From Balanoglossus misakiensis (Eukaryota > Animalia > Hemichordata): a DNA stretch of 64,000 bases. The DNA lies in contig CM082591.2 of assembly GCA_040954595.2 (NCBI GenBank), positions 4,449,957 to 4,513,956 on the forward strand, read 5' to 3'. The notes below the pieces were generated by a model, which saw only the letters and a list, made by a program, of their open reading frames with translations, was not told the origin of the DNA and did no database searches. Below, piece by piece: positions 23,201-36,292 of this stretch (the stretch's first letter is position 1; every line of letters starts with the position of its first letter). Both the position numbers and the translations under genes were made by a program.

Positions 23201-26200
23201 TTCTTGATTTGACAGGTGTTGGTAGAAAGGATCCACTGATTTCAGGGGAGGGATAGGGACAAGTGTTTTGGTCGGTATCTCTCATCTATGATATATTTGT
23301 ATTAAATACACTTACCTGATCGATGTTTATCGGACGGTAAAAATCATGAAATCTTCATTTTTTCGTGATGTCTTTTCCAGGGCAATAGCCATCGCCCTCT
23401 TCAGTCCTATTCTAACACGGATTGGTTACGGTCTGTCATGGCGAAACGGGGCCGTCATGGTCTGGGGAGGACTCCGCGGCGCCGTCGGTCTGACTCTGGC
23501 GCTGATGGTCACAACCACGCCGGGAATCGACGAGGAGAAGATCGGCAGCAAAGTTCTGCTCCACACGTCCGGCATCGTGCTCCTGACGCTGGTCGTCAAC
23601 GCAACCACCATCGGATCGCTTCTCAGAGTCCTCGGTAAGTTCTGCCACGTGGTCGTATCCCAGCAGGGTGCACGGCAGTGATGGGAACGGCACGGCACTC
23701 TGTTGGCATGGCAATAGACTGTTTTCCGACCTCCACGAGACCGAGCGAGTTCTCGCGTGGCTGGGCTGTATACATGAATGTAGCATGGAAAAAAAACTAC
23801 AAATAAATCAAAGAATGGCACATATGACAGGATGTACAGTATAAACAAATCAGATTCTTCGTGAAAAATCTAGAAGTGGTGTCAGATGTTTGACAAGAGT
23901 GTACAATCCTGTCCCATGTTTGAAATCAGGATAGATCAATTTCTAAAAATCCTTATCACATAAAATACTAGTATCGCATGTGTCTTGTTCCTGTCGTTTT
24001 TAATACAAATGCACACATTATGTAAAACCTGTTTTCTTGGCCTTCTTACAGGCATGAGCGACATTTCCCTGCCGAAACGCTTGGCTATGGCCAATGCGGT
24101 GAGACGTCTACAGGAATCCCAAGAACGCACATTTGCCATGCTGAAAGCTGACCGATTTTTGGCCGACACCGACTGGGATATGGCCGAAAGCAGCTGCGAG
24201 ATCAGAGACCCTTACGAAACAACTGATGAAGAGGTATGGACACAATTCTCAGTTGCGACGAAAACAAAAAGATTTGTGACCACTGGTGTGTGAGGGCGCC
24301 ATAGAAATGCGATTTTAAGGGGAGAACCATTTCATTTTGGGGAGGGGGGGGGGTTGGGGTATACCAGAAAAAAAGTCTCAGCCACTGTTAGCAAAATTAT
24401 TTGTTAAATTTCCATTTCACCTTTTTCTTCAAGGCGTAGTGCAGAAAAAAAAATGCACGGTCCCCTTCAATTCTAATACTCCTGAAACGTTCATATTCCA
24501 CAGGTTGAACTGACGGAGTATGGACCGGAGATTCGAATGAGCACGTGTCCAAAATGTCAGGAAGCTGTGCCTAATGAACCGTCCAGCAAAGAGTTTGCAG
24601 ACATGGTTGAAGAAGCTCGCCAAAGAATGCTGAAGGCTGAAAGGGTAACTATATAAGAAGACAATTCTGCATAAACATCAGTGTACACTGATCTGTCTAA
24701 ACCCTACCCTGTCTATTAATCTAATTTTGTTATATATTTTTTTCAAACTATTACTAACAGGTGAGCTACTGGAAGCAGTTTGAACATGGCATGCTGTCAC
24801 GCGAGGCCGTGCGTGTCCTGGTATCGGTCACGGAAACCGTCGGCGATCAGATCGAGCGCTACATGGAAGTGGACGACATCAAGAAGAACTGGGAAGTCCG
24901 AGGAATTTGGCCGTATATGGTGAGTGCCCATAAATATGCAAATTCTTGTATGGTGATGTGAATATGCAAATTCATGTATGGTGAGTGTGAATATGCAAAT
25001 TCTTGTATGGTGAGTGTGTGAATATGCAAATTCTTGTATGGTGAATGTGAATATGCAAATTCTTGTATGGTGATGTGAATATGCAAATTCTATGGACATC
25101 TCTGGATTTCAATGTAGTTTTAGAAACTTTTTTTCTATTGAATTCAAAAGCATAAATATCTATAGAACATTTTTGAATGCCGTCATTCCGATCATTCCTG
25201 ATTTACAGAAAAAGAAACTGGAACAGTGGGTGAAGGACGAGAAGGACACGATCCCGGAACCGAAACGGCGATGGCAGTGGCTCATCTTCAATCTCTGCCG
25301 CCAGCCAGGGTTCGACTACTTCATCTACACGGTGATCGGCCTGAACCTCATCCCCATCGGATTAGAGTTGGGCTACGACAAGCCCAGTTTCCAGACACCG
25401 CAGAGAGTCTTCAATTCCATATTCTGCCTCATTTATGTCGGTGAAGCCTTGCTCAAGGTATTCATTCTGTTTATTGATACACTCATCTGGAGGTGTTCTT
25501 AGTTTGGTGCAGCGAGCCACCCCATGAACTTGCCATATCCTGCATATACATGAAGTCACCTCTAATTTACATACACTCATAGATGGTTAAACGACAGACT
25601 TAGTGTACTATTAAAGTCCCTATGGTGGCCATGGTGTTCTTATTTTCTGCAGAGAGACCCCATGAAATGATCTGACAGGCCATGATCTCAACTTGCCATA
25701 TTCTTATACACTGTACATGCAGTCACCTATGGTTAAAGGGCTAGTTGAGTGTTCTACAGTGCATATGGTGGTGTTCTTATTTTTTATACTTATCCACCAC
25801 ATAAAAATTTGTCATTGGCTAGATATGAACTGGCCATGATAACTGTGGCTAAATTTACATCTTTATTTCACAGCTAATTGGTCTCAGAAAGTACTACTTC
25901 TACAGCTACTGGAATATCTTTGATTTTCTTATCATGTGGCTGTCTGTCATCGACATTATTCTGGACTTGAGCCTGGGAGACTCGGCCAATTTCAACCCTA
26001 ACATCTTCAAGGTGCTCCGTGTCTTTAAGGTATTGCGAGCCTTCAGGGGTCTCCGATTGGTCAAGGTGAGCATGTGATCAGTTTCTTTGTGTGGTCAGTT
26101 TCTTCGTGTGGTCAGTTTCATCATGTGAATTCATGTGGTCGTATGGACTTCATGTGGTCAGTTTGATCACATGTATTTCATGTGGTTAGCTTCATCATGT

Positions 26201-29200
26201 GGAATTCATGTGGTCAGTTTCATCATGTGGTTTTCATGTGGTCATGTGAATTTCATGTGGTCAGTTTCACAATGTGGATTTCATGTGGTCACTTTCATCA
26301 TGTGGACTTCATGTGGTCATGTGGACTTCATGTGGTCAGTTTCATAATGTGGATTTCATGTGGTCAGGTTCATCATCATTCAAATTTCATTCAGTTAATA
26401 ATACCTTGTTAAATCTGATCTATTACAGGTCATTATACCAAAACTGATTGACTGGCTAAACACCCGCATCAATAAGAAACTCAGTCTCGGCTACGATGTC
26501 GGCAAAGGCTTTATCGTCGGCGAGGAGGAAGTCTCCAAGTTGATAGAGCACATGGTGGACAACAAGAAAATCCTGAAATCCCTGAAAATCCAGGCTGAAC
26601 AGGCTCGCTTGGCTGCTATCAAAGAACTTGGTAAAGACTTTGAACAGTTTACAACTCTTTGATCACATAGGGGTGCTGACTACACATGGCTGAAACGTTA
26701 TTGGTCAATTCTTGTAAAGGCACCTTAGATTAATTGTAATTTGGTGGGTTGTGTGGGCTTGGTCGAAATGAGTATGGCAATGAAAAAACGTTAAATACCC
26801 AAAAGATGTTTTTTCAAGTGTTTGTAAGACACATGTACTGGGCAAATTTATGCAGTGGTTTCTTGGTTATTTCAGATGTGTTGCATGTAAATGCAAAAAC
26901 AGAATTGCTTTGATGTGTGCCATTGTAGAGATGCATACCAAACCATTAAATTAAATGTATATATCCTTCATTTTAGAAGCAAATTTTCCTTCTTTTTTTT
27001 CTACTCAGGTTTGCTGCAGCGAGCGCATCCGGGAATCGCGATTTCCGTGAAGACCCGGCAGACGATCCGCACTGTTCTGAACCACACCCGAGACACCATC
27101 CACGAACTCCAAGGCGGCGGAATACTGGATGAGACAGAGGCACTCAAACTGGAGCAAGTAAGTCGTCTGGGTTTCGAGAATTTCAGGGAGGGGCTAGTTC
27201 TCTACACTGAGCAGTGTTCACCCCTATTCTATGTATTTGGATTCAACCACATGATGTAAAACAGTGGGTCTGAACCATACTCTTAGTTGAAAGAGGTAGA
27301 AAGAAGCACTATACTGTTTATATGCAATACACTGAAGACTGCCCCTCACCTCCGCACAACTTCTTCAAAATCTCCGAATAAATCTGATTCTGTATTTTTT
27401 CTCTCCAGATGATTGAAGTGAGAATGAAGCGTCTGATGAATGCCCCGGCTAGCATTCCACCACCGTCACCAGAATTCCTACTCCGCAACATTGCTTGGCT
27501 ACAAGGAGATGATGACACTATTGAGTTCATCACAGTAAGTCTTTGTGGACCCTTCAATTTCGGCACTTTCAAGACCTCAGTATTCCCATACAAATTGACT
27601 CATACATACCGATTTTTCAAAATACTTCGAAATACTTCTGATGAGTTTTAAATTTGCTCTTATCAACTCTAATTTTTTTCAGGAGAAAGCTGAAATGCAA
27701 CACTTCGACTACGGAGATGTCATCGTACGACAGGGAGATTTGCCCAACGGGATCTATCTGGTTGTTTCAGGAATGGTCAAGGTAAGTCTGCATTTTACAA
27801 AGAAAATGGTTTGCACTGAAATGTACTGACCACTGATATTTTCATCAGTCTGGTCAATTAGCTCCTTCCATCACAGCTCGCGATAACTGAGAACAAAACA
27901 TTTTTTTTTCTCCCCGCAGCTGCGCGGTACAGGGGGATATTTCGAAGACGCTGAAGTGGCTGCGTATGGCGGCGATGATGAAGTCGATGCCTTTGAAGAC
28001 TACCTAGGCGCTGGGAATGTTATCGGCGAAATGGGACTACTGACTCATAAACCACGCAACGCTACTGTCACGTGTGAAACATCAGTACAGGTAGGTTATA
28101 ATTACCCGTGTCAACACAGCCAGTATATAACTATACTGTAGTTAAAGGATAAGTACTATGTCCAGATTTTGGATCTAATTTACCCTTGTGAAAAATTGTC
28201 TATAGAATTCTATGGCATTCTATAGATTTTATCATTTCTATATATATAATTAAATAGAAACAAGGTTCAATACCACAAAGAAATCTACAGACATCCTTAG
28301 AAATTCTATAAACTCCCATACAAATTCTATAGGCTATAGAATTCTATAGATATCTATAGAATGTTTTTGTATTGAGGGTTATTGATAATGTATGTTTTAT
28401 GCACATCCAGGCATACTTTATTGATGCTGAGGACATGTATGCTGCCATGGCGATCTACACCGTGTCGCCATCTTTGGAGTACCGTCTCTGGCGAGTCTGT
28501 GCTATACGTATCTCAACACCTCTTCTCATGGACCAAATCAGTCACCAGGTAGGGCTGTGAATTTATTGCAAACTTAACTTCTCAAAACGTAGGTTTATGG
28601 ATGTACACACACCATGAGCGCATGGAATTTGTGAAAAAGTGTTGACTCAGAGTTCATTTTCACTTCCAGGGCTGGACCCAGGAAAAGATTAAAATCCACC
28701 TAGAGAGAGGCTTCCTTCCGAATCTTGCCGATTGCGGATACCACTTTGATATCGACGACACCATGGAGGACATCATTCTCGTCCAAGGCTGGGCGTACGA
28801 CGCGCACACCCGCGAGGAGCTCCACGCACCGACCATCATCCACCGGAAAGTCCATAAGCTGCAGTTTCCACGGGAACAGGAGATGGAGCCCAAGCTGTTC
28901 GTGGTGCAGAACCAGGAGATCGTCAACGCGAACCTGGACGCGAGAGTCTCCTTAGTGGACGCGCGGTCGTCGCGACTCAGCGTCGCGCAGATGAGTAATC
29001 TCTGCCTGTTGCACGCCGCGGATGTCCGTCGTAGCAACAGCCAGGTGGTCGCGCAGGCCAACACCAACCAGGGCTCTTTCCACAAGCTCCTTGCCAAGCG
29101 ATCGTCCAAACTGACCCCGGTCAACGAGACAGACGTGGATTACGAGAAAACGATGGCCGGTACGCACCTCGCACCGCTGACCTCAAAACCGTCGTCCAAA

Positions 29201-29248
29201 ACCAAGCACGTGGATCCACATGTGCCAACAGGGGCTGAAATAGTTTAA
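20279..29248 (+). CDS. SLC9C1: Sperm-type Na+/H+ exchanger with voltage-sensing domain and cyclic-nucleotide-binding domain (sNHE), multi-exon
   Basis: CPA1 motifs SATDPVAVVALLK, IEGESLLNDG and WGGLRGAV; SYWKQFEHGML; S4 KVLRVFKVLRAFRGLRLVK (about 26008-26065); CNBD cassette IGEMGLLTHKPRNATV. Junctions checked are GT-AG. Confidence 0.93.
22534..22840. mobile_element. Degenerate TTAA-flanked MITE in SLC9C1 intron
   Basis: TTAAGGT ... ACCTTAA ends. The inverted repeat is short and degraded. Confidence 0.45.
24914..25093 (+). repeat. Minisatellite, about 6 x 27-31 bp (GTGAATATGCAAATTCTTGTATGGTGA[G]T)
   Basis: Directly visible tandem units starting at an SLC9C1 donor site. Confidence 0.9.
25520..25790 (+). 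repeat. Degenerate tandem duplication, about 130-160 bp units
   Basis: AACTTGCCATAT...AGTCACCT...ATGGTTAAA...GGTGTTCTTATTTT occurs twice. Confidence 0.6.
26070..26375 (+). repeat. Degenerate minisatellite (TCATGTGGTCAGTT-like units)
   Basis: Many tandem CATGTGG/GTGGTCA units filling the intron after the S4 exon. Confidence 0.9.
28181..28381. repeat. TCTATAGA-rich degenerate inverted-repeat element
   Basis: Multiple TCTATAG motifs; ends ACCCT..AAAAA..TCTATAGA and TCTATAGA..TTTTT..AGGGT. Confidence 0.5.
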
Positions 29249-29776
29249 AAATTTTAACAATATTTCCAGCAGAATGAAATTATCATTCATATGAAAAAAT
29301 CTTCAAAAACCCTGTTGAATAAAATTCCACTTATGTCTCAGTACAGCGACAAAGATGTGTCAGTGGTTTTTTTTCTTCACAACATTGAATAAGACCTGGC
29401 CAATGCACTTTCTTAATTATAATCAGTTTTATTCAGTACTTAATTTCAGAACTTACTCTTCACTCAAATCATGAAAAATGTGATCAAATATATTGGATAT
29501 ATTGGAAATTTCTATTTTGTATCAAGAACAAAGTACAAAAAATAAAATAAAACACATACTGAAAGGAGGATAAAATTGAACACAGAAAGGAATACTATAT
29601 TTCAGTTTAGCAGTTAGAATCTTGATTATACCAAAAATGAACATGTAGAACGTCAAAAGTCTTAGATTGTTATATAACTAGGCATTTTAAGTGTCGGTAC
29701 CACTTTGTGTGAAGATAAATTTTCATATTGAGTTATTTGAAAAACAATTAATGGACCATTATTGTGCCATCTCCCT

Positions 29777-32700
29777 CTACACGCCGAAGTGTTCACTGAC
29801 CGTGGCGATCAGATCCTGCTTCTTGCCGACCGTCGGCAGACCTTGAGATTTGCAGAATTCCTTCAGAACTGCCACGGTTAACTTACTCAGCTGTGTTGCA
29901 AATAAAAAAGGGAATAAGGATTTTGTAAATCACAGTTCTGTTTACCAGAATGCAGCTATGATATTTATGGAACAGTTGCTGACAACCAACGAAGGCTGAA
30001 GGTTGTGTGTTTAAACAGGCAAGTCGCACATGTGCAGTTTAGGCAACCCCCCCCCCCTCCCTTAATTTCAAACTATCATGCGGTCACTCACCCTTCCAGC
30101 CCTTGCTTCATCCTCAACATTGACCTCCACTTCAACTTTGGGCCTCTTCGCAGCCCCACCACCACCACCTGTACCCTGATTACACAAAACAAACAAAATC
30201 TTACTTAAACAAACCAAGCCAAAAAACAATCACAACCTTCATAAACCCTTTTCACTATATTTCTCCATCGACCTATGACATCATTAGTATGGCCAGAAAA
30301 AAAAATTCCCTATAAAACTAAAGCCTATCACTTTACTTTCGATAGTTGCTAATTCCTTTTTAATAATCGATACTTCATAAATTCTTAGGCTACCTGAGAA
30401 AAAGCACAGAATTTCATGAAGTTGTAATTTTTACAAATTTCTGAAATGTTTACCTTTCTCTTTGCCGGAGGTGCATCTGGGTCGTAACCAGGTGGGAACA
30501 CCAAGTCTTTGAATTCCCCGATAAGTCTGCCAGCTCTCTTCACGATATTGGAATTATTTGGTTCTGAAATAAAAAATGCAAGTTGTCTTCAATATTCAGT
30601 GTGTTACCATGGCGGTGACCTGCACTGCATTATTAAGGATGTACGCGCAGAACATAAACCGGAAACACTGCGCGCCCGGTCTTTTTCCCATAGGATTACA
30701 TTGACAATCGCCAGAAAACAAACTTCTACTATTGTCATTTTCACGAAATTTTACACATAGCTCAGTCCAGCAAATATAAATTCATTGGTCAAATAAAATA
30801 TAGGGGTCACCGCGCTCTATTATGAGATAAATTGCGTTAAAAATTTTGCCCATAGACAAACCATTGGTGAAAAATGCTGAGTCAGCAGTTTTCTTCCATA
30901 ATCGACTAAATTCATGGCCTTGTATTTCAAAAACAAGCGTAGTGACCCCTAAATTTTTATTGCGGATTTTCATTATACATACAACGGAGAATCCAAAAAT
31001 CCACAATTAAAAAAAATGACAATACTTTCAATTTTACTGAACGTATATCCTTAAGAGTGATCACATGATTAGCGAACAATGTGTAACCTCCACCCATACT
31101 CTTTCACACACAGACATGCACACACCTGTATAGTCGGGCACTTCATCGGGAACATCCCTGTCCAAAGCCAGGGCCTCTAAGTTCCTGTAGTGTGTCTGTA
31201 AGGATGGGTTCTCGAACGCTTCACTCTTGAACGTGAACTGAAGTTTCTTCACGATTTCTTTGGCTTTATCCACCTGGTCGGTGTTGGCTGCAAGATTCAC
31301 ACCACAATTGTTTTATTTTCTGGTTTGTGCTGCTCGACTATGATGACGTTCAACATGTACAATTGTAGAATTACAGGCAGACACATGGTCTCTACATGAA
31401 ATCCACGGGACAAAAACAATTTAATGCTCTACCTCTGGGAGCAGGTTCATATTTCAGTTTTCTCACGTCGTCACAGAATGGCAGGAATATCACATGGAAA
31501 CCAGCCGGGGTTTGCTGGATGTTGTGTTCATCCAGTTCTTCCTCCTAATTCGTCCAGACACACAAAAGAAAACAGAACAAAAACTTCTTGTTAATCAATT
31601 TTCTCAACTATGAAACAGAGACACTTGCCGATGACCTGGAAACTTTAGTAATATAACAACTACAGTCTGCACACAGGATAGATTTACTTCAAAAATGGCA
31701 AATTTCGGGGTATCACTTACGAGTCAACCCCAAGACACGACAACTTGCGACATACCTGTGGTAGCAACGCGACAAATTGTGGAGGAGAGTTCTTCCTTGC
31801 GATCAGTTTACAGATCGCGATGACGTCCCTCGACAAACACTTCTGTAACAGAGCTGAGAACAGAGTTGTACTGCCTATGACACTCTTCTCGTCTGGGTAG
31901 ATGAACTGGGCTGGCCGTACGTGGTAGTAACGCTTCAGGCTCGACCTGGGTTTGAAGCCCATCAACGCCAAACCTGTTGAGACGACGTAAAATCATCTGA
32001 TTTTGATCTCCATGATTTCATGATATGATTTGTGAAAATGATGCAATATTGTTCCAGAGAAATTTGGCGAATTTCTTCACAAAATCTGATTTTCCCTAGC
32101 TCTAATATCTAGCTTCACTATTGAACTAGTGTGGGCTTTTTTAACCCTTTCACCCCCAGTTCCCTCTTTAGAGGTCCAACTTTACCATAGGAAACAATGG
32201 GTCTGGACTGAACCATGGTGGTGAAAGGGTTAAAGGTCTCATGCCATGCTTTGGAAAGTTTTCATTTTTCCACGTCAAAAGCTCACCTAGGGTACCTGTC
32301 TATGCATTGCCTATTGTGTCGGTTCCGAAAAATGTGCGCGAATGCCGGAATTTGCCCCCTTTTTTCATGCCTGTGATCAGGGAGCCACTTCGCACTCGAG
32401 CCAGGCGAAGATATTTGCATATGGACAAACAAGTACACTACGTCCTAGTGTACCATTCTGCTAACAGTAAAGTGTAATTAGCAGTCCATGAGTAATTAAG
32501 TCCACAGACAAAGACAAGCTATATAAACAGTGTTCAAAGCAAAGGAAGCCCTTGCCTTACATTACAGGCAGAGGATTTACAAAGGTGTGAAAGACTATCT
32601 GTCCACATCAAGATAAGCCTTCGACTGAACTTCGAAAAGCCGAAAAAACTCGACTGAGTTGGGTTAGGGGTACACGCCCACCCGCCACTTTTACTTGCTT

Positions 32701-35173
32701 GTTTTCTAAGCACAAGGGGCAAAACGCATTGCAAGATAGTAACATACGTTAACTTCAAGACCCAAATAGTGATTTTACGCGTGGTTGTATAGGGCATGGC
32801 ATTAGACCTTTAAATTCTGACATTTCACAAGTCATTTTTTTCTACTTATTTGGATGGACAATCAGGTTCCAAAACTAACTCAACCACAGCTCTCGACTTG
32901 CCTATATATATAATATTTGATTCACACCTGCAAAATTTCCCAAGGCAGAGACTGAGACAATTCCACTCACCTGGTTGGCCAAATTTCTTGATTTCCGTGA
33001 CTTCATCGGCATCGAAGATTATCCTCCTTCCTCCGAATTTCTGGAATTTCTTGATGTCGCTTGGCATCAATTTTTCCCCAGTTTCCTGGAAACACACAGA
33101 GGTAAGTAGAGACCAATTCTATTTCAAAACTGATTCTTATTCATAGAGATGAGAACTTTTGCATGTAAACTTACATCACAAAATCTGGACGACTTGGTCA
33201 CCACTGGTTCATTGGTCTTCATGTCCAAGTTGACCGCTGTGGACTTGGTTGTCGCACGGACTAGATTAAACCTGACAGAGGCAAAAAATAACTAGAATGT
33301 CAAGCTTTTCTTTTACTTTCTACTACATCTATCTACTACAGCAACATCAAGTTTGGTCCAAACAAATTTGTGCTGAAAAATATGCCAAGTAAGTCTCACG
33401 GTTTCACGAAATGCCAACTCAAACAAAATATCCAAAAAAGTATCTCAAACAGACCACCCTATTGATATTGAAAAAAATTACTGGCAGCCATTTTATCCTT
33501 TCATTCCTTACTTACATTGACACACCCATTTCCAGCCCCTCTCCCAGTTTAAACGTAACTTTTCCCACGGATCGTTTCTTGTGGTCTTTGGTTCTCACTC
33601 GGGAAAGCAGCTCATCGAATTTCTCTGCCGGGTCCGGAAGCACACCCAAGTCTTCATCTTCTGGAACGAAGATCAGATCCTGGACGGAATAATAATAATA
33701 ATAATATTTATTTCTTCTATAGCACATTACATAATAGTATAAAATCTCAATGCGCTTTACATCACACACAAAGACAGTGAAAAAATTTCACCATACTTTA
33801 CCTGATAGAACTTTGTTATGTCAAAGGGTCTGCCCGGTGACTGCATGTGCATCAGTTCAAGGTCAATGCCAAGTTCGTTGAGATCTTTGGCCTTGGTCTT
33901 GGCTTGCCTCTGAGCGGGTAGGTTGCCCGCATGGGGGTTGTCGTTGTTGGTGAACAGCATGACGCGCTTGTGGCCAATCTTCAGCTCACTGCAACAGGTC
34001 AAGGGTCAGGGTTCAAAGGTCATTGACTAGTTACAAACCAATCATTTTCCTCCTTGTCAACACTCATTCTCTATCATCCTCATGATATTTGTTCTTGTCA
34101 CTTACAAATAACGAAATATTGTGTGCTTTGTTTTCTAATCCTTGCATAAAAAATTTTCGCCATAAAACACTTTAATTACCTGTTTGAAAACATGTGAGAA
34201 CAGGTCCACAGTGCATCACTGAGTTGAAAATCTGTACTGTGTCCAATCTTCTTGGCGAAATTGTTGTTATCATCTTCTGCAATAAAATACATCAATTTCA
34301 CCATTTTTAAAACCAATACGGAACACAAAAATTAACAGTATTTGTAAAAGTTTTACACTTGCTCACCTAAAAACTCTTCCAATTCAAGAATTCTTGCAGC
34401 ACACGGCTGATCCAGTTTCTGAAAAAGAACACATGAACACTTATGAACAAAATGACAGGTGGTTTTTATTCAAGAGTCCTATGGAAAATATTCGTCACAC
34501 TTCCTGACACTCTCAAGAAACTAGTGAATGTTGTTGCTGCTAACTTGGTACAAAATATGGAAAAAACAGGGTCTTGTCTTACCTGTAGAATATATATGTG
34601 CTTAAAATCTGTGTCATTATCAGCTTCCGCTGTGCCGAAGAAAACCACACCAATCAGATCACGGTCGCTGCTGATGATTTTATTGCTAAGTACACTCTTG
34701 GCACACTGTCAGGGGAAAATTCAGAATTCTTTTCAGATATTTAGGGAAGGGCTACTTGGTGACCTATGACATCATTGGGTGGGGTGGGGGGGGGTGGGGG
34801 GGGGTTTACAGATACTTGAACTCCATATAAATACATTATACATTATGCAGAGTTTAATTAATGCAGCCTTGTGCGAGTTATATACACTGACCTTGATGCA
34901 GAGTTCGAAATGACTTTCTTCTTCCTCGCCGTGTCTTTCAAACATTGGTTTGGTGCAGTCGATCAAGAATATCAAACTGTCTCGGCCAGTGAAGCGAGCC
35001 TGAAAACAATAAAAGGAAAAGCAGTATGAACTTACGCTTTCGGAAACTATCAAAGAATGACCACGACAGAAAGTTGCTGGTTGGTAAAGTTTGGTTGTAC
35101 ATACCTCGAATGAAGTCTCCTCTTCCTCCTCCTCCTCATCAGCATCACCATAACCCCATGCCCAGTCAGACAT
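29777..35173 (-). CDS. XRCC6: Ku70, X-ray repair cross-complementing 6, multi-exon
   Basis: GRDSLIFLID, KRVMLFTNNDNPH, LMGFKP...FIYPDE, FENPSLQTHYRNLEALALD and a C-terminal SAP domain (LSKLTVAVLKEFCKSQGL). GT-AG junctions are phase-consistent. Confidence 0.96.
30633..31054. mobile_element. TTAA-flanked MITE in XRCC6 intron
   Basis: TTAAGGATGTACGCGCAG ... CTGAACGTATATCCTTAA inverted ends. An internal segment recurs at about 38755-38915. Confidence 0.8.
32141..32233 (+). mobile_element. 93-bp piggyBac-like MITE
   Basis: TTAA-CCCTTTCACC ... GGTGAAAGGG-TTAA; related copies elsewhere in the window. Confidence 0.85.
32230..32813. mobile_element. About 580-bp TTAA-flanked non-autonomous element
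   Basis: TTAA-AGGTCTCATGCCATGC ... GCATGGCATTAGACCT-TTAA, 15/16 inverted match. Confidence 0.8.
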
Positions 35174-36292
35174 CTTGAGTTTGAGATTAAGCTGATGCAG
35201 ATGTATAAAATTTGATTAATATTTCGCTTACAGTACTGGTTATTAGACAATGCATGACAGTATAGTTACCTACTGCTAATATGATGCAGTATGTACAACC
35301 ACAGTGACCTGACGTTGACCCCTGACCCTGTCACGATATCAACATGTCAGCTGTGTGGCGATCGACTCCCTTTGCTTCGCAAGTCGTTGACGGGACACGG
35401 GACCGGGATTTCGCACAAACACGTTTCGTTTGGACGTAATTGTTTGAACGGTTCGATGTTACATTGAATATACGCTCTGGCACAATACTAGTAACCTTGC
35501 CTACGGGGTTGAAAAGAAGGCGTGTACACTGTTGTCTATGCTAATCAAGGCAATATGAAACGCTACACTTTCATGATCACACCGTGTACACAGCCTGTAT
35601 CAGTCCGGGAAAACATGGTCTGGATAATTCACAAGCCAGTACTTACCAACAACTGTTCTCACCTGACCCTGTACTTCCGATCGTTCGCTAACCAGCTTTT
35701 TTAAGCCCGGACAAATGCTGACCCAGCAGATAACACAGCCTGACGAGCAATGGCGCGGATTCGCTATCAGTGACCTTATATGACCCCAGAGGTCATCTGT
35801 ACCGACACAATAATCAGTCCCTAATCAAGAAAAAAAATATTCATTTTATAACTTTATGATAATTTTATATCTATTATAGTGCATTTGTATAGTGTATTGA
35901 TGATCTTCATAAATTAAACAAAAATATGACATCGTGCCATTTCCCATGAGCCATTACGAAGAAAGTAGCGCATCCGGAAAAGTGTTTGTTGTTGTTTACT
36001 TTTGTGCAAAAGAAGAGTTATTTTCAGCTCGGGGCATCATGTAGTGGTATTTTAAATACCTGCCTGTAAATATTGATGTCATAAGTTTCACACAAGATCT
36101 GTCAGGTCGGCGGTAACACCGTCTTTTTTCTGGAAACAGCCAGCAGTTACACTCGTATCCGGTATCGGCGTCGTCTACTTCATTTCAGACGTCGTCTGCT
36201 AGACCGGAAACCAGTCGGTGAATATTGTGCAGAACTGTGATTTTTACTTTAACGATTGATAAACTCATCTTGAAGCAGTGACTAGTTTCAAC

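Noticed and set aside
24797-26412. Repetitive ORFs and a superficial CRISPR-like look of the tandem repeats
   Set aside because: These are intronic minisatellites with no unique spacers and no cas genes, in a eukaryotic locus.
34777-34804. G-run with G-quadruplex potential
   Set aside because: Poly-G tracts recur throughout the window, so there is no specific evidence of function.
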